Positions 10,667 through 19,984 of a DNA stretch of 64,000 nt are shown here, piece by piece (positions within the stretch are counted from its first letter, which is position 1; every line of letters starts with the position of its first letter). The notes beneath the pieces are model-generated. The model saw nothing but the letters and a program-made list of their open reading frames with translations, searched no databases and was not told where the DNA came from. The stretch is from Verrucomicrobia bacterium UBA6176. GTDB lineage: Bacteria; Verrucomicrobiota; Verrucomicrobiia; Limisphaerales; UBA9464. The translations under genes and the position numbers were made by a program. Where the stretch lies: contig DITU01000116.1 in assembly GCA_002422905.1 (NCBI GenBank), positions 40,717-104,716 on the forward strand. The letters run 5' to 3'.

Positions 10667-13600
10667 ATGCAGCAAAAGGACCACCAAAAGTGCCCCAGAT
10701 GCGGCAATCCTGGTCCTTCGGACAATGGGCCCCACCATGCGGGAACCTGCCAGGGCTGTCTGTTGGCAGCGATGGATGGCGATCCGACGCCGTTTGGGTG
10801 GTCCTTCAATGGATCCTCGGATTCAGCATACCCAAAACGGTTGGGGGACTATCAACTCATCCGCGAAATAGCCCGGGGCGGGATGGGAATTGTCTGGCTG
10901 GCTCGGCAGACCTCCCTCAATCGAGAAGTCGCACTCAAGATTCTTCCGCCGATCTTTGCTGCGGATCCGGTCCGGATCGCACGATTTCAGTCTGAGGCTA
11001 CCCTCGCGGCACGCCTGAGGCATCCCAATATCGTCGCGGTTCACGAGATAGGGGATCTGGAGGGCGTGGTATTCTACTCGATGGACTATGTGCGCGGCCA
11101 AGACCTGTCGAAGAAGGCAGCCGCCCGACGGCTTCGTCCGAGGCAAGTGATGGAGTTGGTCAAAGCGGTGGCCGAGGCAGTTCAATATGCCCATGAAAAC
11201 GGGGTGCTGCATCGCGACCTGAAGCCGTCGAACATACTGATCGATGAGTCTGGGCGCCCATGGATAGTGGATTTTGGGCTGGCGCGTCTGATTGGGCAGG
11301 ATTCGAACATCACTCAGACCGGGGAGATAGTGGGCTCGCCCGCCTATATCCCGCCCGAGCACATAACCACAAGCGATGCATTGCCGACAGTACAGGCGGA
11401 TGTATATGGGTTGGGGGTATTGCTTTACTACTGTTTGACCCAGCGGGCGCCTTATGTTGCGGACACGGTTTCGGCGACCTTGCGGAAGGTGCTGACCACG
11501 AATCCACTGTCGATCCGATCGATTCGGTCCGATATTCCTGATGATCTTGAGTACATAGCGAACCGTTGCCTCGCAAAGGATCCAGGTGGGCGATACCCAA
11601 AAGCTGGCGATGTTGCTGCCGACCTTGAACTGGTCCTGTCGGGTAAACCGTTGCCAAAACCCAAAGAGGTGGTTCCCCCTGCACCACCGAAGCGGTTGAT
11701 TTCCCGAAGGGTGGCCGTCGGCCTGGCCGCGGTGGCGATCCCAGTGATGGTGGGAATTTCCGGTTGGGGCACTTTCAGGGGAGCGCTGCTCCGGGAAACC
11801 TATCTCCAAAGAGTGGCGGAGCGTATCAGGCAGGAGCGAATCGATCATTATGTGGCCGACGTAGGGAGGGCGGATCGGGCGCTGGTCATGGAGGATTCGA
11901 AAACCGCGACCTCCCTGTTGGAAGGTCTCGAAGGAATCCCCGAAATGAAAGACCTCCTAGGGTTGGAATGGTTTTGGCTTCGCAGCCTTCTTGCTGAGTC
12001 GGACGAGCACAAGACATGGCGTGTCGGGGAACCTTTGCTTTCGTTCCTGCCCTTGACCGAGAAAGGCAGCTTTGCACTTGCGACCGGAAATGGAATCTCG
12101 CTGGTCTCAGCGAATGGGCCGGATGCGGGACTGCTTCGACAGCTTCGGGGGCCCGTCGAGGGGCGCACCCTTGAGCGTGACTCAAACGCCCAGAGCTTGT
12201 GGGTGGGTGACGATCTCGGATTGCACCGGGTCGATATGAAATCCGGCAGGTCGGCCACCCTTTTTCCGGATCCGATCAGTCAGGTTCGGCGTAGTCCTTC
12301 CGGCAATCGGTTGGCGGCCGTGATGGGTCCCGATGATCCAGAGGATCCCTTATCGAGGGTGGTTGTGTTTGATGCGATGGCAGCCCGGCCATTGTCCCAG
12401 TTTCCATGTGAGCCCAACACGGAACTGGCCTTCCTGACGGACGATACGCTCGAAGGCATTGGACCGACAGGTCAGCGGTGGCGATGGCAGGTCGGCCAGC
12501 GGCGGGCCCCGGAGATCAGGATCCCCGGAAGTCCCGGTGTAGTCAGTTTTGCCGCGACTCCAAATCTGGAGCGGTTTGCCCAGATCGATGACCGCTCGAT
12601 TCTCCGAGTCCAGCGTCATCGAGGTTCACTTGTGGAGTTGGAGGAGGAAGTGATCTTTGACTCAGCCAGCAGGCTGGCCTTCAGCGACCGCGGTGATGCA
12701 CTCGTACATGCCAGTCCGGGCAGTGGGAAGGCTTGGATCCGGAGCGCACCCGACTGGAGGGTACAAGCGACCCTCGACCAAATCCCTCCCGGGCTTGTGG
12801 ATATCCACATTTCGTCAACCCCCGCGTCTGTCTTCCTTGCCTCGCGTGACGGCTCTTTTCAGCGCCGTACCTGGCGTGGGTTGGAGTCCAGGAGTCTGAT
12901 CCTGTCGGACCCGCAAGCTTCGGGTCTGACCGAGGCGATCACCTCGTCCGATGGGCGATGGTTTGCGGTCGGATATGGTCCGGCCCATGAGCCGTGGACC
13001 TGGGTTCGCGATCTTTCGGGCGATAACCGATCCATGATCCAGATACCGGGCCGACCCTTGGCATTCTCGCCCACGGAGGAACAGATCCTCCAGTCGCACG
13101 GTGATGGGCGGATCGTCTTATGGGATTTGAAGGACTGCAACCTGCTGGCAGAATTCCGGACTGGAATCCGGTCGCGTGACCTTTCCGAGCGTATCTCAGG
13201 CGACGGGAGCATGATGGTGGTGCTGGATTCGGAAAGCAGGGTTCGTGTGGTGCACCTGATGACGGGTCTTGAGATCAGGGGACCCAAGGGCAGGGTCCTG
13301 GATCTACGGATTTCTCCTGACAACCGGCGTCTCGCATTCCTGACTGCGGGTGGGGCGGGGATCTATGAGTTTGGATCCGGTGAGCAGTGGCACTACGCGG
13401 AGGGTGCCTATACGGCGATGGAATTCTCGCCAGACGGACGGTATGTCGCGTTGGGAAATGAAGCAGGAATTGTAAACCTATACGACGCTGTAAACCGGGT
13501 TTCCCTGATCGAGCAGGCAGTCCAGTCATCCTCCATCCTGGCCATGGCTTTTCTGGCTGATGGCCGGACCCTTGCGACAAGCGGAGGGACGAATGGCGTC

Positions 13601-13894
13601 CATTTATGGAGTGCGCCAGGACTGCGTGAACTGACGAGGATTCCGGTCAGTGGTTCAGTCCGATGGCTTGGAGCGAGAGTTGGACATACTGCCCTCCTGA
13701 TGCGGACAGATGAAGGCGTCCGGATCATTTCCGCCCCCAATCCCCATGTGACTCCTCCGCCTCCGGTACGGAGCGAGGGGGGCTTCTGGGAAGATCCAGT
13801 AACCGTCTCGACGCGCCTCTCGAAAAGCCCTTTCCGGGATCCGGTAGCGATCCAGTCCATCTTGGGAAGCCAGTCGTTGAAGTTCACTCCATAG
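10667..13894 (+). CDS. Ser/Thr protein kinase with N-terminal Cys4 zinc-ribbon, one TM helix and a long WD40-like beta-propeller region
   Basis: Zinc-ribbon cysteines: CPRCG...CQGC. Kinase motifs: GGMGIVWLA, VALKIL, HRDLKPSNILI, DFGLA, SPAYIPPE. TM helix: VAVGLAAVAIPVMVGISGW. WD-like repeats follow to the C-terminus. The ATG at 10667 was chosen by analogy with the paralog at 25068; the GTG at 10592 is the maximal ORF. Confidence 0.85.
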   Translation: MQQKDHQKCPRCGNPGPSDNGPHHAGTCQGCLLAAMDGDPTPFGWSFNGSSDSAYPKRLGDYQLIREIARGGMGIVWLARQTSLNREVALKILPPIFAADPVRIARFQSEATLAARLRHPNIVAVHEIGDLEGVVFYSMDYVRGQDLSKKAAARRLRPRQVMELVKAVAEAVQYAHENGVLHRDLKPSNILIDESGRPWIVDFGLARLIGQDSNITQTGEIVGSPAYIPPEHITTSDALPTVQADVYGLGVLLYYCLTQRAPYVADTVSATLRKVLTTNPLSIRSIRSDIPDDLEYIANRCLAKDPGGRYPKAGDVAADLELVLSGKPLPKPKEVVPPAPPKRLISRRVAVGLAAVAIPVMVGISGWGTFRGALLRETYLQRVAERIRQERIDHYVADVGRADRALVMEDSKTATSLLEGLEGIPEMKDLLGLEWFWLRSLLAESDEHKTWRVGEPLLSFLPLTEKGSFALATGNGISLVSANGPDAGLLRQLRGPVEGRTLERDSNAQSLWVGDDLGLHRVDMKSGRSATLFPDPISQVRRSPSGNRLAAVMGPDDPEDPLSRVVVFDAMAARPLSQFPCEPNTELAFLTDDTLEGIGPTGQRWRWQVGQRRAPEIRIPGSPGVVSFAATPNLERFAQIDDRSILRVQRHRGSLVELEEEVIFDSASRLAFSDRGDALVHASPGSGKAWIRSAPDWRVQATLDQIPPGLVDIHISSTPASVFLASRDGSFQRRTWRGLESRSLILSDPQASGLTEAITSSDGRWFAVGYGPAHEPWTWVRDLSGDNRSMIQIPGRPLAFSPTEEQILQSHGDGRIVLWDLKDCNLLAEFRTGIRSRDLSERISGDGSMMVVLDSESRVRVVHLMTGLEIRGPKGRVLDLRISPDNRRLAFLTAGGAGIYEFGSGEQWHYAEGAYTAMEFSPDGRYVALGNEAGIVNLYDAVNRVSLIEQAVQSSSILAMAFLADGRTLATSGGTNGVHLWSAPGLRELTRIPVSGSVRWLGARVGHTALLMRTDEGVRIISAPNPHVTPPPPVRSEGGFWEDPVTVSTRLSKSPFRDPVAIQSILGSQSLKFTP

Positions 13895-13943
13895 CCGCGC
13901 TCCCCATGTGAATCTGAAGATCCCGGAATCGCGGCAGGCAAAG

Positions 13944-15713
13944 TCATTCAAGCTCCACCGTCACCCGAAGCAGACCCATGACACCCGGCGGCTCGATGGA
14001 GATGGTCGGACCATTGATCCGGTCGATGAAATCGACCCATTCGCTACCTGTTGTTCCCGTTCTGACCTGTAGCCGATACCGGCGACCGGGCATCCAGGGA
14101 TCAACCTGAATTGTCGTTCCGGATGGATTGGGCTCTGCCATCAGTATGAGGCGCGACTCCGGTATGGATGGATCGGTCCCCGCCACGATCTCTTCCCACG
14201 TCAATGCACCGTCCTGGTCCGGATCCTCCCAGCCGGCGTCGAGATGACGTTCCGTGGTCGTGCGGCCGAGGATATCAATCTTGGCGAGCATGGCATTCGA
14301 GATCGCTCCAGCGCCGCTCCACGCCAACCATTCGCCGGGCGGAACATCGACGAATCCGAACCATCCATTGGCGTCGGTCCTGTTGGTTCTGGTTGGATGA
14401 CCGCCACCTATACTTTGCAGACGAACGATCTGACCGTCATCGCCCTGACCTGCGGCATTGGTGACCCTGCCGAGCAGGTGACCCAGGGAGGGGTCGGTTT
14501 TCCACGGAGCAATCCAAGGTTCGCTGGCCACAGAGAACAGTGGAGTGGAATTGGTGTCATGAAGGGATGCACTGGTGAGCGCGCTTCGAAACTGGGACGG
14601 GGTCGCGTCGGTCGCCGGAGCGGCACGGCTGTAGAAAACGACGCCGTCGGCAGCCGCCGATCTGGCGGTGGGTCTTCGAAACGTTCGTGCCTGGGCAAGC
14701 CCATTGGAGAGCGTGTTGAGATACCCGCCCACTCCCAATGCCACGCCCCGCCGGTACCGGTGGTCCTTAGCAAAGAGACTCCATGCCGACCAGTCCGCCG
14801 CCCGCTCGTTCTGGCGGAAATAGATCATGGGAATGTTCAGATCCAGGATCCCTTCCTGCATCCATCCGCGCCAATTCTGGAGCGCGAGACTGTTCGGCGC
14901 GGATTGGGCCCATTGACTGGCCGCCTGGATTCCCGGCGCCCAGGCGATGGTTGCAGCGGAGATGATCAGGTCGGGTCGTCGGGCGTGTGATTCCAGGTAG
15001 GTCCTGCGGACGAGAGAAGTGACCTGCTCACGACGAAACTCAAGCCAGGCAGGATCCGATTCCAGCGGGATTCCATCGCGCCCATGGAGCCGGTTGAATC
15101 GGGAGATCGCCTCGGGATTGTACCCCCAATCGGGACCCCCATACCGGATGTAATCCCAGTGGAGACCGTCGACCGGGTATCGGTTCACCAGGTCCATCAC
15201 CACCTGGTGGGTGTATTCCTGCACCTCGGGATGACCAGGATCGAAGGCATGATTGGCGCCGTCCCAGGTTTCACCCGCCCGATTCCGTGTCAGCCAATCG
15301 CCATGGGTCCGAAACGGATGAGTGGGCTGGGGTGGCAGCGAAGTTCTTTGATTCCAGATGTTGTAGGCGACGACCCAGGCGTGGACCTGGATCCGGCGCT
15401 TGCCGGCGCTGGTATCATGGGATTGCCGTATCAATTCACCCAAAGGATCGAATCCCGCGGCGACATCGGCCGCGACCGGCTCGGGTCCGCCCCGGAAATA
15501 GGCATCCCCCCGTTTGCGGACCTGGACAAAGACGGCGTTGAAACCACCGCCCCGGGCGTCTGCGACCACCTGCCGGACCTCATTGGAGGTCCGGAGGCCG
15601 GGGTTGAATGCATCCACCCAGAGCCCCCTCAATTCCTGCCCGCCAACCTGCTGTGTTGCGATGCCCAACGGGATCATCGCGAACAACGCCCTCCAGATCA
15701 CTCCCACGTCCAT
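13944..15713 (-). CDS. Glycoside-hydrolase-like family 10 (GHL10/DUF187) secreted protein with C-terminal beta-sandwich modules
   Basis: It has a signal peptide after the internal Met (MDVGVIWRALFAMIPLGIATQQ). LRGLWVDAFNPG...GFNAVFVQVRKRGDAYF matches GHL10. Downstream there is a DPDQDG calcium-binding-like motif. The track start at 15845 would overlap the upstream aminotransferase gene and was rejected. Confidence 0.7.
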   Translation of the reverse strand: MDVGVIWRALFAMIPLGIATQQVGGQELRGLWVDAFNPGLRTSNEVRQVVADARGGGFNAVFVQVRKRGDAYFRGGPEPVAADVAAGFDPLGELIRQSHDTSAGKRRIQVHAWVVAYNIWNQRTSLPPQPTHPFRTHGDWLTRNRAGETWDGANHAFDPGHPEVQEYTHQVVMDLVNRYPVDGLHWDYIRYGGPDWGYNPEAISRFNRLHGRDGIPLESDPAWLEFRREQVTSLVRRTYLESHARRPDLIISAATIAWAPGIQAASQWAQSAPNSLALQNWRGWMQEGILDLNIPMIYFRQNERAADWSAWSLFAKDHRYRRGVALGVGGYLNTLSNGLAQARTFRRPTARSAAADGVVFYSRAAPATDATPSQFRSALTSASLHDTNSTPLFSVASEPWIAPWKTDPSLGHLLGRVTNAAGQGDDGQIVRLQSIGGGHPTRTNRTDANGWFGFVDVPPGEWLAWSGAGAISNAMLAKIDILGRTTTERHLDAGWEDPDQDGALTWEEIVAGTDPSIPESRLILMAEPNPSGTTIQVDPWMPGRRYRLQVRTGTTGSEWVDFIDRINGPTISIEPPGVMGLLRVTVELE

Positions 15714-15729
15714 GTCCCCACCATCGCAC

Positions 15730-16902
15730 CTACCGGCATCGATCAACAAATCTTGCCGTGCGTTCCATCGCGGTCTGGATCCGGTCGAAGGATGTGGCGA
15801 AGCACATCCGGAGGAATCCTTCGCCGCTCGGGCCAAAGGCTCCACCCGGCACAGCGGCGACCTTTTCCTCCTGGAGCAGTTTCACGGCGAATTCCCGCGA
15901 GGTCAGTCCGGTGCTGCGGATGTCAGGGAATGCGTAGAAGGAACCTCTCGGCAGGTGACAGTTCAACCCCATGTTGTTGAGTGCCCCCACGATGAAGTTC
16001 CGCCGCATCTTGTATTGCTCCCGCATGTGGGCTGCTGCTGCGGCTCCGTTCTCCAGCGCCTCGATTGCCGCCTCCTGGGCCACAATGCTCGCGCACATGA
16101 TCGCGTACTGATGGATCTTCATCATCGCCTCGATCAGGTGGGAAGGTCCGCAGGCATAGCCAATCCGGAAGCCGGTCATGGCGAAAGCCTTTGAAAAGCC
16201 ATGAAGGAAAATGGTCCGCTCGGCCATGCCCGGAAGGCTGGCGATTGAAACGTGTCCCCCTTCAAAGGTGAGTTCGGAATAGATCTCGTCGGTCAGCACC
16301 AACAGGTCGTGTTTGAGGACCACCGCAGCCACCTCTTCCAGCTGGGAGCGGGTCATGGTTCCTCCGGTGGGATTGGTGGGAAAGGATAGCAGGAGGACCT
16401 TGCTGCGCGGGGTGATGGCCCGTTCGAGTGCGGCGGCTGAAACGGCAAACCCGTTCTCGGGGCGACAGGCCACCGCCACCGGCTTGGCGTGAGCCAACGT
16501 CACGCTGGGGGCGTAACTGACGTAACACGGCTCGTGGTAGATCACTTCATCACCCGGATTCAGGACTGCACGAAGCGCAAGATCCAAGGCTTCCGAAACC
16601 CCGACCGTCACCAGGATCTGGTCTTCCGGATTGTAACGGACCGCGAACTCCTGCTCGACGTATCGCGCGATTGCCTGACGCAGGCGCAGCAACCCGAGGT
16701 TTGCCGTGTACTGGGTCTTTCCGCGTTCCAAGGCGTAGATGGCTGCTTCCCGAATGTGCCACGGGGTCAGGAAATCGGGCTCGCCCACCCCCAACGAAAT
16801 CGCTTCCGGCATCTTCTGGACGATGTCGAAGAAGTCGCGGATCCCGGATCTCGGGATGTCGGCGACGTGATGGGCGACAAAGTTACGGCGATTCGATGAC
16901 AT
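15730..16902 (-). CDS. Pyridoxal-phosphate-dependent aminotransferase, class I/II (AspC-like)
   Basis: Motifs: GIRDFFD...ISLGVGEPDF, LLSFPTNPTGG, and FSKAFAMTGFRIGY, which carries the PLP lysine. Confidence 0.85.
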   Translation of the reverse strand: MSSNRRNFVAHHVADIPRSGIRDFFDIVQKMPEAISLGVGEPDFLTPWHIREAAIYALERGKTQYTANLGLLRLRQAIARYVEQEFAVRYNPEDQILVTVGVSEALDLALRAVLNPGDEVIYHEPCYVSYAPSVTLAHAKPVAVACRPENGFAVSAAALERAITPRSKVLLLSFPTNPTGGTMTRSQLEEVAAVVLKHDLLVLTDEIYSELTFEGGHVSIASLPGMAERTIFLHGFSKAFAMTGFRIGYACGPSHLIEAMMKIHQYAIMCASIVAQEAAIEALENGAAAAAHMREQYKMRRNFIVGALNNMGLNCHLPRGSFYAFPDIRSTGLTSREFAVKLLQEEKVAAVPGGAFGPSGEGFLRMCFATSFDRIQTAMERTARFVDRCR

Positions 16903-17097
16903 GGTCGGTTCCTACGGGACGGTTTTCAGTGGGTGGGATCAAGCCTGGGTGAGTCGTGACCGGCCGGGGCGGACTGGCCCCGATACCGCATCCACCGTGC
17001 GCGGCGGACGAATCTCCGGGATCAAGCCCGTGGGTCGGCGCTGTCAAAAGGGGACCCGGATGGGTCGGGTGTTCGTGTTCTCCGGATGGCATGTACC

Positions 17098-17112
17098 GTC
17101 ACCATTGGTGAC
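17098..17112. promoter_or_regulatory. Perfect 6-3-6 palindrome GTCACC-ATT-GGTGAC in a divergent intergenic region
   Basis: Seen directly in the sequence. It lies about 200 nt from both divergent starts (16902 and 17329). A possible operator, with no family assignment. Confidence 0.2.
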
Positions 17113-17328
17113 GATCACCCTCAGGCCGGAGGTACCCCTGTCGTCAAGCAGGCAATGGCCGATGAATTCATCGCTCTCAAAGGCGATGCCACGGGAGTGT
17201 CCATGGGGTTAACACCCCATGTATCAACAGGGCGAGGGGCTGGTACAAGATGTTGGGTGGAGGGTGCCTTAGGATGGATCGCATGCCTTGCCCCAGGTCA
17301 TCCTTTAACGAACCCAGCATTTTTCCCC

Positions 17329-18342
17329 ATGAAACTCTTTCGATATTTGCCCGCATTTGCTGCCTGCGTTGCCTTGCAGGCCGTAGCCCAGCATCCCCTC
17401 GACGATCTCTGGTTCGGCACCATCCGCCCACCTTTGGCCGGCGGGGTCACCGGACAGGTTCAAGATCGGATCTTTGTCGGCGACAACTTTCAGGGCCTGA
17501 CCTATGCCGATCAGGATCTGTTTGGCCGTGGGAATACTCCGACCCTGTTCTACTCCGTTCGGCGGGATGCGGTATCGGGACAATCCTTCCTGAGCACGAT
17601 TGCCACGCCCGTGGCGCCCCATTTCTGGCCTCCCCACGTGGTGGACGAGTTTGCCTTGGGGAACGGTACTTACAATGAACTCGCCTTCGCGGCCCCCGAT
17701 CTGACCTATGGACCGGTCATCCTCTATGACATCAACACGGATGGATTGAGCCAACAGTTCGGGACGATCAATCCCTCGGGAGCGTTTACAGACAATCAAT
17801 TCAACGTCGGGGCTGGGACTGGGTTTGAAGCGCTGACCTTCGCCGAGACCGATGTCACCTTCGGTGCCAATCTTTTCTACTACCTGCGAACAGACCTTCA
17901 GGGGACCCACTTCGGCACGATTGATCCGCATCAGCCCGGCACCGTCACCGACCGTTGGACGCTTGGGTTGGAGGGCTTTTACGACTCCATGGTGTTCACG
18001 TCGACCGATGTCGGATACGGGGCGAATCTCTTCTACTTCATCCGACACGACACGACCACGGATCAGCACTCGTTTGGGACGATCGATCCGCTGACGGGTG
18101 CGGCGGTGGACCGGTTCACGATTGGAACGCCCTTCGACAACTTCACGGAGCTGAGTTTCACCACCACGGATGTCGGCTATGGCGCCAACCTGTTCTATTA
18201 CCTGAGGAATACGGACACCACTGACGTGCCGGAAGCCGAGACATTCTGGGCCATGGGTGGGGTGGCCCTGGTGGGTGGGCTGTGGAGACTCCGGGCCATG
18301 CGCAGGGCGGCCAAGGAGAACGCCGCGGTCAGCAAGGGTTGA
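17329..18342 (+). CDS. Secreted repeat protein with a C-terminal PEP-CTERM-like sorting signal
   Basis: Signal peptide: MKLFRYLPAFAACVALQAVAQ. Five tandem ~50-aa repeats follow (FGTIdP...vtD.f..G...f..l.F...DvgYGaNLFYYlR.D). The tail VPEAETFWAMGGVALVGGLWRLRAMRRA has the PEP-motif, TM helix and basic-cluster layout. Confidence 0.6.
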   Translation: MKLFRYLPAFAACVALQAVAQHPLDDLWFGTIRPPLAGGVTGQVQDRIFVGDNFQGLTYADQDLFGRGNTPTLFYSVRRDAVSGQSFLSTIATPVAPHFWPPHVVDEFALGNGTYNELAFAAPDLTYGPVILYDINTDGLSQQFGTINPSGAFTDNQFNVGAGTGFEALTFAETDVTFGANLFYYLRTDLQGTHFGTIDPHQPGTVTDRWTLGLEGFYDSMVFTSTDVGYGANLFYFIRHDTTTDQHSFGTIDPLTGAAVDRFTIGTPFDNFTELSFTTTDVGYGANLFYYLRNTDTTDVPEAETFWAMGGVALVGGLWRLRAMRRAAKENAAVSKG

Positions 18343-18666
18343 TGGCTCGGGGGGCGGCGGGTGAGACGTTCCCGGGGAGTGCTTCTGATGGGGTGCCCCT
18401 GACGTCGCTCGCGGAGACGCAACGCGTCCCATGACTGCGAGTATTCCTGTCCGGGACGAGGCCGTCCAAGGACGTCTGATAAGAAGTCGGTTTGAGCGGA
18501 CCTTCCCCGCGGCGGAAAACATTTCCACCGGGGAAATGATCCGCTTCATCCCCCGACAGCGCATGGGGATCAGTCGCCAGTGATTGGTAGTTGGGGGGTC
18601 CGTACACCCGCGGTGGGGCCGTGAGGGGGAGGGCGAATCATTAAGCAGCGTCCACCGAGCATTCAC

Positions 18667-18715
18667 GACTGATACGACTGATTGCTGATTACTGACTACC
18701 GCTCACTGATTACAG
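18667..18715. repeat. Degenerate CTGAT(T/A)-type simple-sequence element
   Basis: gactgatacgactgattgctgattactgactaccgctcactgattacag lies just upstream of the NHL gene. Confidence 0.4.
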
Positions 18716-18724
18716 TCGACGGCG

Positions 18725-19687
18725 ATGCGCCTGTCCCACCTGCTCGCATGGCTCCTGTTACTGCCGGGATTCTCCACCAGGGCGCATCCGGGTTCGGGCA
18801 TCGCAGTGGATGGACAAGGCCGGGTCTTTTTTGCGAGCGGCCCGATGATTGTGATGATCGGGACCAACGGGGTGACCAGCACCGTTGTTCACGACAAGAC
18901 CAACGAGAAGTTCTACCAACTGCATCATATCCAGCGCCTGCCGGACGGCGGACTGGTGACGGCTTCCGATCTCGGCAACGCGGTCTGGCGTTTCACATCG
19001 GAGGGCCGGTTGGAGCGCTCGTATCCCCCGCCGAATGAGGATCGGCCCCTGAGCATTGGCTTGGGCGGCGATCCGTTTGCCATCGATGGCGCGGGCAACC
19101 TGTATGCCGTCAACGCACGGCAGGATCGTTTCACGCAAGTCCTGCGCATCACTCCCGAAGGGCAGATCCGCGTCCTGGCGGGCGGCGACTGGGGCTTCGC
19201 CGATGGCGTTGGGGAGAGGGCAAGGTTCGCCGATCTTCACAGCGGAAGCATGCTGGCCACCGCGGAGGCAGGGTTGTTGCTCACGGACGATGACCGCCGC
19301 GTTCGCCGGGTTGCGTCGGATGGGACCGTGACCACGCTCGCGGGTGGCAGTGAGCGCGGTTACCGCGACGGTCCCGGGCGGAATGCCCTCTTCGATGGCG
19401 CGAGCGGATTGGCCCTGGATGCCCGCGGTCACGTGCTGGTCGTGGAGCGCGCTGGACGCATCCGCCAGATTTCGAAGGAAGGAATGGTCTCCACGCTGGC
19501 CGGCACCGCCAACGGCGGCAGCACCGATGGCCCGGTCGCAAGCGCCACTTTTGATGAACCGACAGGGATCGCGGTCGCGCCGAACGGAGATCTGTTGGTG
19601 CTCGAACCGCACGGACCGCGCGTCCGCAGGATCTCCGGCGGACACGTGGTCACCATTGTACGTGGCCTGCCCGAGTCTGGGCCGTGA
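18725..19687 (+). CDS. NHL-repeat beta-propeller protein (secreted)
   Basis: It has a signal peptide (MRLSHLLAWLLLLPGFSTRA). Repeated segments such as GxxxFxxPxGxAxDxxGxxxVxE, for example FDGASGLALDARGHVLVVERAGRIRQIS and FDEPTGIAVAPNGDLLVLE, are NHL-like. Confidence 0.7.
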   Translation: MRLSHLLAWLLLLPGFSTRAHPGSGIAVDGQGRVFFASGPMIVMIGTNGVTSTVVHDKTNEKFYQLHHIQRLPDGGLVTASDLGNAVWRFTSEGRLERSYPPPNEDRPLSIGLGGDPFAIDGAGNLYAVNARQDRFTQVLRITPEGQIRVLAGGDWGFADGVGERARFADLHSGSMLATAEAGLLLTDDDRRVRRVASDGTVTTLAGGSERGYRDGPGRNALFDGASGLALDARGHVLVVERAGRIRQISKEGMVSTLAGTANGGSTDGPVASATFDEPTGIAVAPNGDLLVLEPHGPRVRRISGGHVVTIVRGLPESGP

Positions 19688-19823
19688 TGCGGCGTTTGTT
19701 TCATCAAGGAGGACACAGAGGGAGCTGGTTTGAAACCGGTGGCGAATGGATCCTCCGTCACCCCAGGCTCTGTGCTCTCGGTGGACTCGGTGGCGAAGAT
19801 TCATTTGGGCTGAAGAGGGGGAA

Positions 19824-19915
19824 GCGGAATGAATTCCGCGCTCCTGGGAATGAGGACGGCGAGTGAATCTCGCCGCTCCGGAACGGGAACGGAGCGGCGA
19901 AGTTCGGTCGCTGGG
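19824..19915 (+). repeat. REP-like hairpin array, copy A1 (head palindrome GCGGAATGAATTCCGC + CGGCGAx-N5-xTCGCCG hairpins)
   Basis: The head palindrome is at 19824-19839. The hairpin cggcgag-tgaat-ctcgccg follows, then a degenerate second hairpin. The same architecture occurs at 24100 and 33537. Confidence 0.7.
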
Positions 19916-19984
19916 ATTGCACCCCTCAGCTTTCGTTCAGGGTGGTGATCCCTTTCGCCCCTGTCTTACGCATGGGAATGCGGT

